This document shows, in pieces, positions 9,273-17,973 of a DNA stretch of 64,000 bases. The first letter of the stretch is position 1, and each line of letters begins with the position of its first letter. The translations under genes and the position numbers were made by a program. This stretch comes from an uncultured Candidatus Rokubacteria bacterium (lineage in GTDB: Bacteria > Methylomirabilota > Methylomirabilia > Rokubacteriales > DASRDR01), in contig CAWDVE010000010.1 of NCBI GenBank assembly GCA_963805625.1, positions 1,184,001 through 1,248,000 on the forward strand, written 5' to 3'. The notes under the pieces were generated by a model. That model was not told the origin of the DNA and did no database searches. It saw only the letters and a program-made list of their open reading frames with translations.

Positions 9273-10468
9273 CCTATTGGCAAGAGAGTCTCCGCGAGTC
9301 GGTGACCACGGTCGACGAGCTCGTCAAGCGCTTCGGGGTCGACTACATCGACCAGGAAGCCGTGCAGCGAGCGATCGACGGGTTCAACCTCCGCATCACT
9401 CCCGAGATGCTCAATCTCGTGAAGGAGCCGGGAGACGCGATCTGGCGGCAGTACGTTCCCACGGCCCAGGAGAACGAGGTGGTGGACGGGATCGTCGACT
9501 CGCTCGGCGAGGATGCCGATTCGCCGGTCCCGAACATCACCCACCGCTACCCCGACCGTGTCCTCTTCCTCGTGAGCCCGGTCTGCGCCGCCTACTGCCG
9601 CTTCTGCACGCGGCGGCGCAAGGTGGGCGATCCCGAGAAGATCCCCCTCGGCCAGTTCGACGCAGCGTTCGACTACATCCGGCAGCACACCGAGGTCCGG
9701 GACGTCAGCCTGTCTGGGGGCGACCCCCTGATGCTCTCGGATCGGCGGGTCGAGTATTTCCTTGCGAAGCTCCGGGCGATCCCCCACGTCGAGATCGTGC
9801 GCATCCACACCCGGATCCCCTCTCAGCTGCCCGAGCGCATCACGCCGGAGCTCTGCGAGACGATCAAAAAGTTTCACCCCGTGTTCGTGAACGTGCATTT
9901 CAACCATCCGGACGAGCTGACGCCGGCAACCCGGACCGCGCTCGGGATGCTCGCCGACGCCGGCTGCCCCCTGGGCAGCCAGACCGTCCTCCTGAAAGGT
10001 GTAAACGACGATCCGGTCATCATGAAGCGGCTCATGCAGGAGCTTCTCAAGTGCCGGGTCCGACCCTACTACCTCTACCAGGCGGACCTCGTCGCGGGCG
10101 GGGAGCACTTCCGGACGTCCGTCGCCAAGGGAATCGAGATCATCGAGGCGCTTCGGGGATGGACCTCGGGGCTGGCCGTCCCGCACTTCGTCATCGACGC
10201 GCCCGGTGGCGGCGGGAAGATCCCGCTCTTGCCCGAGTACGTGCAGTCGGTCACCGATCGGGAGGTTGTGCTGCGGAATTACGCCGGCAAGACGTTCCAG
10301 TACATCCTACCGAAAGCGGACGACCCGCCCCCGCTGAGGCCAGCTGTCGCCCCGGCCCGCGGAAGCTCCGCGCCAAGGCCAGGAAAGCAGAAGGGGCGAG
10401 TCGCGAGTGCGGCTCACCCCTTCCCGTTGCCGTCCCTGAAGGCTCAGAGGAATCCGGCCGGGCGCTGA
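9269..10468 (+). CDS. kamA: KamA-family radical SAM aminomutase (lysine 2,3-aminomutase-like)
   Basis: THRYPDRVL, CAAYCRFC (CxxxCxxC), SGGDPL, HFNHP, QTVLLKGVND, PYYLYQAD, DAPGGGGKIP (PLP Lys). GTGA overlap with ligase 2. Confidence 0.9.
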   Translation: MTYWQESLRESVTTVDELVKRFGVDYIDQEAVQRAIDGFNLRITPEMLNLVKEPGDAIWRQYVPTAQENEVVDGIVDSLGEDADSPVPNITHRYPDRVLFLVSPVCAAYCRFCTRRRKVGDPEKIPLGQFDAAFDYIRQHTEVRDVSLSGGDPLMLSDRRVEYFLAKLRAIPHVEIVRIHTRIPSQLPERITPELCETIKKFHPVFVNVHFNHPDELTPATRTALGMLADAGCPLGSQTVLLKGVNDDPVIMKRLMQELLKCRVRPYYLYQADLVAGGEHFRTSVAKGIEIIEALRGWTSGLAVPHFVIDAPGGGGKIPLLPEYVQSVTDREVVLRNYAGKTFQYILPKADDPPPLRPAVAPARGSSAPRPGKQKGRVASAAHPFPLPSLKAQRNPAGR

Positions 10469-10659
10469 CGCTCCGGCAGGGCGACCCCGCTCCGCCGGAA
10501 CTCCGCGCGGAACGCCTCGGCGTCGGGTCCCTCGAACCCTGCCATCCCCTCGCGAAGCAGGGACGCGGCTGATGCGCATCGGCTCTTTCGCAGCGACGCA
10601 GCCTGCAGCACTCCCGCGATCGCGACCACGAACCCACCAGCCAGCACGAAGTCCAGCAT
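10444..10659 (-). CDS. Small hypothetical protein with N-terminal hydrophobic helix
   Basis: ATG at 10659 with GGGAGG RBS, 11 nt after the upstream stop. Sequence begins MLDFVLAGGFVVAIAGVL. Confidence 0.55.
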   Translation of the reverse strand: MLDFVLAGGFVVAIAGVLQAASLRKSRCASAASLLREGMAGFEGPDAEAFRAEFRRSGVALPERQRPAGFL

Positions 10660-10670
10660 GTCGACCTCCC

Positions 10671-11051
10671 TCACGCGGCCTGGAGCCGTCGAGCGTGGCG
10701 CGCCACGGTGCCGAGCGGACGAACGACGGCCGGTTCCGGGGTCAGAACCAGTTCGTACCGGCCCGCGCCCGCCCGCGTCAGGGTCTCGTGGGCGATGGCC
10801 ACGATGCGGCTCACCGTCGCCGGCCGGCCGACTGGGACCTGGATCTCGACGCGCCACGGGCCTCCCAGCGGCTTGGTGACCAGCGGGGCCACGATCGGTC
10901 CCAGCTCGTCCGCGATGGCGTCGGTCAACCGCACCTGCCGGGCGACCACGGCCTCCCGGCGGTGGTCGCGCCATGCGGCGAGCCCGAGCAGTCCCAAAAT
11001 CACAAGGATCGGCGAGGACATTGTCAGGGTCGCGATCGCTACCGTCATCAT
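10671..11051 (-). CDS. Hypothetical membrane-anchored protein
   Basis: Strong GGAGGAGG RBS before ATG ATG. TM segment PILVILGLLGLAAW followed by a small soluble domain. Confidence 0.65.
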   Translation of the reverse strand: MMTVAIATLTMSSPILVILGLLGLAAWRDHRREAVVARQVRLTDAIADELGPIVAPLVTKPLGGPWRVEIQVPVGRPATVSRIVAIAHETLTRAGAGRYELVLTPEPAVVRPLGTVARHARRLQAA

Positions 11052-11078
11052 GTGGGGCCTCCTCCCTCTTGCCTGTTG

Positions 11079-11105
11079 AGACACCGCTCGGACGGCGGCG
11101 TGAAA
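11079..11105 (-). promoter_or_regulatory. Putative ECF sigma promoter TTTCAC-N17-GTCT (copy 2)
   Basis: Minus strand TTTCAC gccgccgtccgagcggt GTCT. Same -35/-10 elements and spacing as the motif upstream of the ECF sigma gene. Confidence 0.65.
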
Positions 11106-11132
11106 CCACGGGAGGCGGCAGCGGGAGCGCTG

Positions 11133-11290
11133 CTACTGGGCGAGAAAGGGCTCGAGGGCGGCCAGGGTCTCGGCCGGAGCTTCCTCGGGCAGGAAGTGGC
11201 CAGAGGCCACCGGCTGACCCCGGACGTCGCGGGCCCAGTCACGCCAGATGGCGAAGTACCGGCGGCCCGTGGCCCCCGACGACGGTGTGG
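11133..11290 (-). pseudogene. C-terminal remnant of alpha/beta hydrolase (haloacetate dehalogenase-like)
   Basis: AIWRDWARDVRGQPVASGHFLPEEAPAETLAALEPFL is the conserved C-terminus with the catalytic His. No N-terminal part is present. Confidence 0.6.
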
Positions 11291-11375
11291 ATCTCGGCCT
11301 CGCGCGTCCGGAGCCGCTCACGGCGGAACCCCGAGAACAGCGCCTCGTCCGCCGGACCCGCGGGATCGGGCTCGC

Positions 11376-12350
11376 TCAATTGACCTCGTGGAGGGGGTGG
11401 AGGTCCGGGCGGCAGCTCGTGCAGGGGTGGAGCCCGACCGCCTCGGCTCGGCTCCGGGAGCCGAAGTAGGTCAGCAGCCCGGACCGGAGCGTCTCCATCG
11501 ACGGGCAGCTTGGGAGGCAGTACTCGCTGTCGCCGGGCGCGAGCAGGTACATTGCGCCCCGCGCCACTGCGAAGTCGTTGTGCGCCGGTACGAGGGGCAC
11601 GCCTTCGGTCGCGAGCAACTGCCGCTTCCGACCGGTCTCACCGCCCGCGTAGCCCGTCAAGAGACCCGACGCTCCCACCACCCGGTGGCACGGGATGGCG
11701 ATGGGGACCGGGTTCCACCGGAGCGCTTGCGCCACGGCCCGCACCGCCCGAGGCTGTCCCAGGTCGCTCGCCAGCCGCTTGTACGACACCACCGCGCCGT
11801 ACGGGATGCTGGCGGTGCGCTCGAGAACCTTCCGCTGGAACGGGCTCCTCGCCAGCCGGAGGTCGAGCGCCCACGGGAGCTGCTGCGCCCGCCCCTCGAT
11901 GTACGCTTGGAACTCCCGGTAGAGCTCCTCGGACTCGCCTCCGTCCTCGACCGCCTCGATCCCACGCATCCGCGCGAGACGCGAGGCCCCGAGATCGCGT
12001 CGGCCGTGGAGGTACTCCAGCAGGACGACTCCCTGCTCCGAGTGCGCCAGGAGGATCGGCCCCAGCGTCGAATCGAATACCCGGTAGGCGACGATGCGGC
12101 TCCGGAGGTCGTCGAGCCTCGCGTCGAGCCGCTCACGCGACTGCGCCACACCCTGGGCGTCCACGGCCGCCTCCCGGATCACCCCGAGCTCGCGATCGAT
12201 GGCCTGGTAGCCCGAGTGCTCGACCCGGCACGACTCGCACTTCGCGACGTGCGCGGCCACGCGGCCCTCGGTGCCGGCGTCCGCTTCGCCGATCGCCGCG
12301 GCCACGAGGTCCGCCTCGATCTCGGTGCAGCTCGCCCCCTTTCGCTTCAC
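11376..12350 (-). CDS. Fusion: zf-HC2 (ZAS) anti-sigma domain + methylated-DNA--protein-cysteine methyltransferase (Ogt) + C-terminal Ada-type Zn finger
   Basis: N-terminal HVAKCESC (HxxxCxxC). Central IPYGAVVSY, RAVAQAL..NPVPIAIPCHRVV, GYAGG. C-terminal YCLPSC-x27-CTSCRP. GTG start overlaps the sigma stop (GTGA). Confidence 0.85.
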   Translation of the reverse strand: MKRKGASCTEIEADLVAAAIGEADAGTEGRVAAHVAKCESCRVEHSGYQAIDRELGVIREAAVDAQGVAQSRERLDARLDDLRSRIVAYRVFDSTLGPILLAHSEQGVVLLEYLHGRRDLGASRLARMRGIEAVEDGGESEELYREFQAYIEGRAQQLPWALDLRLARSPFQRKVLERTASIPYGAVVSYKRLASDLGQPRAVRAVAQALRWNPVPIAIPCHRVVGASGLLTGYAGGETGRKRQLLATEGVPLVPAHNDFAVARGAMYLLAPGDSEYCLPSCPSMETLRSGLLTYFGSRSRAEAVGLHPCTSCRPDLHPLHEVN

Positions 12351-12874
12351 GACACGAGCTCCTTCCCGATCAGCTCGCGCCCCTCGAGGGCACGGCGAAC
12401 CTTCCGGAGAGCCTGAAATACGTGGGCCCGAGCGGTCTCGGCCGAGCACTCCAGGCTCCGGCCTATCGCTTCGTAGTCGAGCCCGTGGACCTTCCGCTGG
12501 AGGAAGGCCAGGCGCTGCTTGAGCGGGAGCCCGGAGACGACGTGCTCGACAGCCGCCCCGATCTCCTGCGACAGAGTGACGGTGTCCGGCCGCTCTTGGT
12601 CCGTCTCCCGCACCTCGGTCACCACCGCGGCATAGGCCAACCGGCGCCGCTTCTGCGACCGGAAGTGGTTCCGGGTGAGGTTCGTCGCGATCGCGAAGAG
12701 CCAGGCCCGGGAGTTGGCATCGGGCGGGAGCGTCCGGTGGGCGCGGAAGGCCCGCAGGAACGTCTCCTGCGCGAGGTCGTCGGCATCCTGCCGCCGCCCG
12801 GTCACCCGGAGCACATACCGGTAGATCTCTGCATGGTGGTCAGACATAAGCGCCTCGAACGTCCGATCGCCCAT
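12347..12874 (-). CDS. ECF (group 4) RNA polymerase sigma-70 factor
   Basis: Region 2: DADDLAQETFLRAF, RAWLFAIATN. Region 4: LPLKQRLAF..GLDYEAIG..TARAHVFQALRKVR. About 175 aa; start could be GTG 12877 or ATG 12874. Confidence 0.92.
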   Translation of the reverse strand: MGDRTFEALMSDHHAEIYRYVLRVTGRRQDADDLAQETFLRAFRAHRTLPPDANSRAWLFAIATNLTRNHFRSQKRRRLAYAAVVTEVRETDQERPDTVTLSQEIGAAVEHVVSGLPLKQRLAFLQRKVHGLDYEAIGRSLECSAETARAHVFQALRKVRRALEGRELIGKELVS

Positions 12875-12883
12875 CACTCCCAA

Positions 12884-12910
12884 AGACCCCGCAGCCGGGC
12901 CGCCGTGAAA
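12884..12910 (-). promoter_or_regulatory. Putative autoregulatory ECF promoter TTTCAC-N17-GTCT (copy 1)
   Basis: Minus strand TTTCAC ggcggcccggctgcggg GTCT. The -10 element ends 6-9 nt before the sigma start, implying a leaderless or near-leaderless mRNA. Confidence 0.65.
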
Positions 12911-13056
12911 GGGCGCCCAGTTCGGCCCTGGCGCGCCAGCGGATGAATCGTGATTATTGTCAACGTAATAAACATGTTATCTATCATCGTCTCGGAATCA
13001 GTCTGATCTAGAGCCAACACCAGTCGAGACCCGTCCTCAAACCTCGGCGAGCCTCG

Positions 13057-15168
13057 CTACCTCGCCGGCCGCGCCTCACGCTGGGCGTGGCCGGAGAAGG
13101 TCGCCTCCGACGGATCGGCCCGAGCCACGTCCACCATCGTCGAGTGGAACGCCGGCCCCCCGCCCATGTCGGCGAGACCATCCGAGGTGAGGACGTTGAC
13201 GCCGCGTCCCCCCGGCATGAACTTGTGCCACCAGATCCCCTCGATGACTACCTGGCCCTGCAGGGTGTCGTCGGACAGGACTGCGGTAAAGAGCGCCCGT
13301 CCTCGGTCGTTGAAGACCGCGACGAGGTCTCCCCCGGCGATCCCTCGGGTGACCGCGTCGTCCGGATGGACGAGCACCGTCGGCCCACCCTGCCGCGCCC
13401 GGAGCAGGGCCGACTGGCTGAACGACGAGTTGAGGAAGAAGCGATTCGGCGGGACGTGGCAGCGAAGGGGGTAGCGTGGCCCGACGGCCGGATTGTCCCA
13501 GCTCTCCCGGAGCGGGACGTACGTGGGCAGCGGCGGCAGCCCTTGCTTGGCGAGGGTCTCGGAGTAGAACTCCACGCGACCCGAAGGCGTTGGCGCCCCG
13601 TCCGCGAAGGGCCGGAAGGGCCGCGGCACGGCGATCCGCGCCGAGTGCTCGACGCGGAGGCGTTCGTGGGTGATCCCGTCGGCGACCGCACCCGCCGCCC
13701 GGAGATGAGCGTCGATGAGCCCCGGGAGCGGCGTCTCGTAGTGGCGGTCGGGCATCCCCATGGCACGGGCCAGCTGCCCGAAGACCTCCCAGTTCGTCCG
13801 GGCTTCCTCCCGGGGAGCGATCACCGGCTCGGCCAGCTGGAGGTAGAGGTGGCCGAACGACCGGTAGACGTCCTGGTGCTCCATGCTCGTGGTCGCCGGA
13901 AGAAGGAGGTCCGCGTAGTCTGCCGTGTCCGTCTGGACCTGCTCGTGCACGACGGTGAAGAGGTCCTCGCGAGCGAGCCCCTCCAGCACGAGGCTCGAGT
14001 TCGGACAGACCGCCGCCGGGTTCGAGTTGTACACGTAGAGCGCCATGACGGGCGGGCGGAGATCCGCGTCCGTCAGGGCGCGCCCGAGCTGGACCATGTT
14101 GATCGTGCGCGGCGCGGGCGAGGGCAGGAGGTCCCGCCGCTCGAGGACCGTATCGCCGGGGCCGAATGTGCCGGAGCTCCCGAGGAGCGCCCCGCCGTGC
14201 GGGTGCGCGTAGGCGCCCGTGAGGGCGGGCAGGCACGCGATGGTCCGGCACGTCATGCCGCCGTTCTCGTGCCGCGACAGCCCGATGCCCACGCGGAGGT
14301 AGCTGGCCCGCGTCCCGCCGTATCGCCGCGCGAGGTCGACGATCGCGTCCGCGGGGAGCCCGGTGATCGCGGACACGCGCTCGGGCGGATAGGCGCGGAC
14401 ATGCTCGCGGAGCGCCTCGAAGCCGAGCGTCGCGCGCGCGATGTAGCCGTGATCGAGGAGGTCCTCCCGGATCAGGACGTGAATCAGACCGAGTGCCAGC
14501 GCCCCGTCCGTCCCCGAGCGGATCATGAGGTGCTCGTCCGCCTGTCGGGCTGTCCGGGTCCGGTAGGGATCGATGCAGACGATGTGCGCGCCGCGCACCC
14601 GCGCCTCCTTGACCAGGGTCATCAGGTTGATGTGAGTGTAGGCGGCGTTGATTCCCCAGAGGACGACCAGCTCGGCGCCCACCATCTGCTCCGAGTCGTT
14701 CCCGGCGACGACGCCGAGCGTGGCCCGCCATCCCGCATAGGCGGTCGACACGCAGATCGTCCGGTCGAGCTGACTCGCGCCGAGGGCGTGGAAGAACGGG
14801 TGACCCGCGTAGTACTGGATGCGGCCCAGTGTCCCCGCGTACGAGAACGGCAGGATTGCTTCGGGGCCCCACTGGGCGATGATCCGCGTGAACCGGTGGG
14901 CGATCTCCTCGATGGCGTCGTCCCAGGAGATGGGCTCGAACTCGGCGGTCCCCTTCGGCCCCGCGCGCCGCATCGGGCGGAGCACGCGCAGCGGGGAGTA
15001 CACGCGCTCCGCGTAGTCGTGCACCTTGCCGCAGATCACGCCCCGGGTGAACGGATGCGCCCGGTCCCCGGCGACGTCGACGATCCGGCCGGCCTCGGTC
15101 GTGACCTCGAGCGCGCAGGCGGACGGGCAGTCGTGGGGGCAGACGGAGGCGTGCGTGTGGCGCGTCAT
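13057..15168 (-). CDS. Molybdopterin (bis-MGD) oxidoreductase, DMSO reductase family, cytoplasmic
   Basis: CPHDCPSAC..HPFTRGVICGK Fe-S motif, ISWDDA, LDRTIC, NSNP, TDTADYADLLLPA, C-terminal MGD domain with FLNSSF. GAGGAGGAG RBS; no Tat signal. Confidence 0.9.
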   Translation of the reverse strand: MTRHTHASVCPHDCPSACALEVTTEAGRIVDVAGDRAHPFTRGVICGKVHDYAERVYSPLRVLRPMRRAGPKGTAEFEPISWDDAIEEIAHRFTRIIAQWGPEAILPFSYAGTLGRIQYYAGHPFFHALGASQLDRTICVSTAYAGWRATLGVVAGNDSEQMVGAELVVLWGINAAYTHINLMTLVKEARVRGAHIVCIDPYRTRTARQADEHLMIRSGTDGALALGLIHVLIREDLLDHGYIARATLGFEALREHVRAYPPERVSAITGLPADAIVDLARRYGGTRASYLRVGIGLSRHENGGMTCRTIACLPALTGAYAHPHGGALLGSSGTFGPGDTVLERRDLLPSPAPRTINMVQLGRALTDADLRPPVMALYVYNSNPAAVCPNSSLVLEGLAREDLFTVVHEQVQTDTADYADLLLPATTSMEHQDVYRSFGHLYLQLAEPVIAPREEARTNWEVFGQLARAMGMPDRHYETPLPGLIDAHLRAAGAVADGITHERLRVEHSARIAVPRPFRPFADGAPTPSGRVEFYSETLAKQGLPPLPTYVPLRESWDNPAVGPRYPLRCHVPPNRFFLNSSFSQSALLRARQGGPTVLVHPDDAVTRGIAGGDLVAVFNDRGRALFTAVLSDDTLQGQVVIEGIWWHKFMPGGRGVNVLTSDGLADMGGGPAFHSTMVDVARADPSEATFSGHAQREARPAR

Positions 15169-15212
15169 CACTCCTCCTCGGGTCCGCACTGTGTGCGCAT
15201 ACTATACGGGCG

Positions 15213-16125
15213 TCAGTATCGTCGCGAAGATCTTGGCCGGCCCTTGCCCGTGACCCGCGAGCCCAGGGTGGCGCGGAATCGAGACGGCGGCTTGCCCCAC
15301 TCCTGGCGGAACGCGATGGTGAAGTGGCTGTGATCCGCATATCCGAGGTCGAGCGCGAGCGCGGTCAGGTCCCGGGCCCCTTGCGCCAGGCGCTCGGCGG
15401 CCACGCGCGCGGGGATTCGGGTCACGTACCGGCGAATCGGCACGCCCACCACCCGGTGGAACGTCCGCGACAGGTGGAAGGGCGAGCGTCCGAGGGCACG
15501 CGACAGGACCTCGAGGGGCGGCGGCCCGCTGATGCTCGCCTGAAGGTGCGTCCGCGCCGTCTCGGCGAGCTCGCGGGCTCGCCGGGCTTCTCCCGGCCTC
15601 GGCGGAGAGGCCCTCCCGGCAGCCGCCGTAGGCCTCCCGCACGACCTCGTCCGCCAGTGGCCGACCAGGTCTCAACCGCCAGGGCGGGCGCGCGGCCGGT
15701 GCGGAGCGCGGCGAGGAGGTCGTACTGAGGGCGCAGCGCCCGGGCAGTGCAGAAGGTGCGGCTCGAGGGGAACGCGGCCTCCGCCCGGTCGGTGGCGCTC
15801 GGCGCATGCGCCGCCACGACGTCTCGCAGCAGCCGGGGTGAGAGCGACACCGTGGTGCAGTCGTCGCCCCCCGCAACCGGGTGGGCGACCCGATAGGGAC
15901 GGCCAGGGGCGACGAACAGCACGTAGCTCGGGTCAGGGGCGATCGCCTCGCCGTCGATGACACACCGGAATGCGTCGAACCGCACGAACACGATGCCGTG
16001 GGCGTCGAACTGCTCTCCCGGCCCGACGGGATGGCACCGACGCGGCACCGGTAGTCCGTGACGGAGATCTCCGGCGAGCTGAACAGCCGGTGCTCTTGCT
16101 GCTGGAGCTCGAGCTGGCGGCTCAC
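15213..16125 (-). pseudogene. AraC-family transcriptional regulator, multiply frameshifted
   Basis: N-terminal cupin-like pieces and C-terminal HTH (SPFHLSRTF, LTALALDLGYADHSHFTIAFRQEWGKPPS) are spread over several frames. Confidence 0.75.
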
Positions 16126-16469
16126 GGCGCCTCGTCCGGCGCCGAGCGCGTCGCATACTCGTACCCCCGCCGGAGCCAGCGGAACGCGCGCGAGAGGACC
16201 TCCGGGTCCTCGACGTCACACTCGATCCAGCCGCGGCCCGCGAACCGACGGTGCGGCCGCACCCCGGGCGTCGCCAGCGCGCGGGTCTGATCCGAGCGCG
16301 ACAGCCGCACCCAGAGGTCGTTGTCACGCGGCCGGATGGGATAGCAGGCGAACAGCTGCTCGCCGACGAAGTAGCCGAACCGCCCGAACATCGGTGTGAT
16401 CCGGACGCCGAACCAGCCGCTCAGGACCCGGTTCAGCTCCGCCGACACTCCCTCTCCTCCCTGGCGCAT
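16122..16469 (-). CDS. TfoX-N/MmcQ-like small protein
   Basis: PMFGRFGYFVGEQLFA and RGWIE..W pattern. Start is 16469 or GTG 16448 (purine-rich RBS). Confidence 0.6.
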   Translation of the reverse strand: MRQGGEGVSAELNRVLSGWFGVRITPMFGRFGYFVGEQLFACYPIRPRDNDLWVRLSRSDQTRALATPGVRPHRRFAGRGWIECDVEDPEVLSRAFRWLRRGYEYATRSAPDEAP

Positions 16470-16543
16470 CACCCGCCGATCCCGGCGCGCGCGGCCTGTC
16501 CCGCGCGGACCAGGCGGGGGGCCGGCCCGTCGCTTGTGCATCG

Positions 16544-16984
16544 TCAGATCCGTCGCGGCGGGACACGCCGGTAGAAGAGCAGCTCGCGCGTCCCTTGCGG
16601 CAGGTTGTCGATGTAACCGCTCGGCGCGAAGCCGAGAGCGCCGTGGAGGCGGATCGCGGGACCGTTCGTCTCGTCGACGGACGAGAAGACGCGGGGGGTC
16701 GGGGAAACCGCGTCGACCGATCGCATCAGCTCGCACGCGATGCCCCGCCGCCGGAACTTCTCCTGCACGACCACCAGCGAGACGAACGTGCACTGGAACC
16801 AGTCCGTCCGGTAGGCGCAGAGCCCGACGACCTCGCCGTCCGCCTCCGCGACGATGAGGTGGTGCTGTTCCAGGTGCGCCTTGACGAGCGGCCCGGCGCG
16901 GTCGGGGCCGACGACGAGCGCCGCCAGCTCGGCGCACGGTCGTGCGTCACCCTGGCGCGGCGGGCGGATCTCGATCAGCGCCAT
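16544..16984 (-). CDS. GNAT family N-acetyltransferase
   Basis: VVVQEKFRRRGIACELM (motif A), NGPAIRLHGALGF. Confidence 0.85.
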   Translation of the reverse strand: MALIEIRPPRQGDARPCAELAALVVGPDRAGPLVKAHLEQHHLIVAEADGEVVGLCAYRTDWFQCTFVSLVVVQEKFRRRGIACELMRSVDAVSPTPRVFSSVDETNGPAIRLHGALGFAPSGYIDNLPQGTRELLFYRRVPPRRI

Positions 16985-17973
16985 TCTTCCCTCACACTTG
17001 CCCCCGCACCGCCGCGCACGGGTTCAGCCGGCGCGTCCACGCCAGGCGCCGCCAGGAGAGCCCGGAGCGCCGCCACCACGCGATCGACGTCCGCCCAGGG
17101 AGCACCGCCGGGAGAACCGGCGATCGCCCGTACATTGGCACCGAGTGGCGCCCACACCGCCGGATCGGTCGGCCCGAAGAGCGCCACGGTCGGGCAGCCC
17201 ACGACCGCCGCGAGGTGGGTCGGGCCCGAATCGTTGCCCACGACAGCGCGCGCGAGCGAGAGGAGCGCCGCGACCTCCGGAAGCGGCCAGTCCCGGACCA
17301 AGCGGTCCTCTTCCAGCGCCCCGGCCTCGAGGAGCGCCTGCACGACCGGTCCGTCGGCCGGCCCGGCCAGGGCGACCAGCGGAAGGTCGGCGGCGCGGAG
17401 CCGGCCCGCCAGGACCGCGAAGCCCGGCCACACCTTGGCGGTGCTCCCGGCGCCAGGCTGGAGGACCACAGCCTCCGCGGATCCGATTCCCCGGACAGCG
17501 AGCCACGCCCCGGCCACGGCCCGGCCGGCCTCCGTCACGCGAAGGCGCACGGACGGAAGGCCGGCCGGAAGAGGCCCCAGCGGAGCCAGGGTCTCGAGGA
17601 GATAGCGGCTCACGTGACGGCCGGTCCCCGGCGGCGGGACGGCTCGCGCGACCACCGTCGGACGGCCGAGCCGGGCGAGGTTCGCTCGAAAGGCCGAGTC
17701 CCCTGCCCCGAGCCAGCACGCGAGGGCGTCGAAGCTCGCGATGCCGTCGTGCGCCGCCGCACCGGGCGGCTCGACGAAGAGCCGATGAAGGGCCAGGGCC
17801 TCGAGGTCGCACGCGTCGTCGACCAGGCCCAAGCCCCTGAAGAGAGGCACGAGCCGGGAGGTGACGGCCAGGGTCGTACGGAAGCCGAGCGCGCGCAGAT
17901 GACCGAGCGCGGGCCCGGCCAGGAGCACGTCACCCAGCGCGCCTGGATGGACGACCAGGCAGCGCGGGATCAC
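16975..17973 (-). CDS. Glycosyltransferase family 9 (ADP-heptose:LPS heptosyltransferase-like)
   Basis: GALGDVLL, QPGAGSTAKVW, VGNDSGPTHLAA, PTVALFGPTDP..WAP. Confidence 0.85.
   Translation of the reverse strand: MIPRCLVVHPGALGDVLLAGPALGHLRALGFRTTLAVTSRLVPLFRGLGLVDDACDLEALALHRLFVEPPGAAAHDGIASFDALACWLGAGDSAFRANLARLGRPTVVARAVPPPGTGRHVSRYLLETLAPLGPLPAGLPSVRLRVTEAGRAVAGAWLAVRGIGSAEAVVLQPGAGSTAKVWPGFAVLAGRLRAADLPLVALAGPADGPVVQALLEAGALEEDRLVRDWPLPEVAALLSLARAVVGNDSGPTHLAAVVGCPTVALFGPTDPAVWAPLGANVRAIAGSPGGAPWADVDRVVAALRALLAAPGVDAPAEPVRGGAGASVREEWR

Noticed and set aside
9269-10468. KamA as the EF-P modification enzyme EpmB
   Set aside because: No efp or epmA nearby, and the sequence (DAPGGGGKIP, about 400 aa) fits the KamA-like group.
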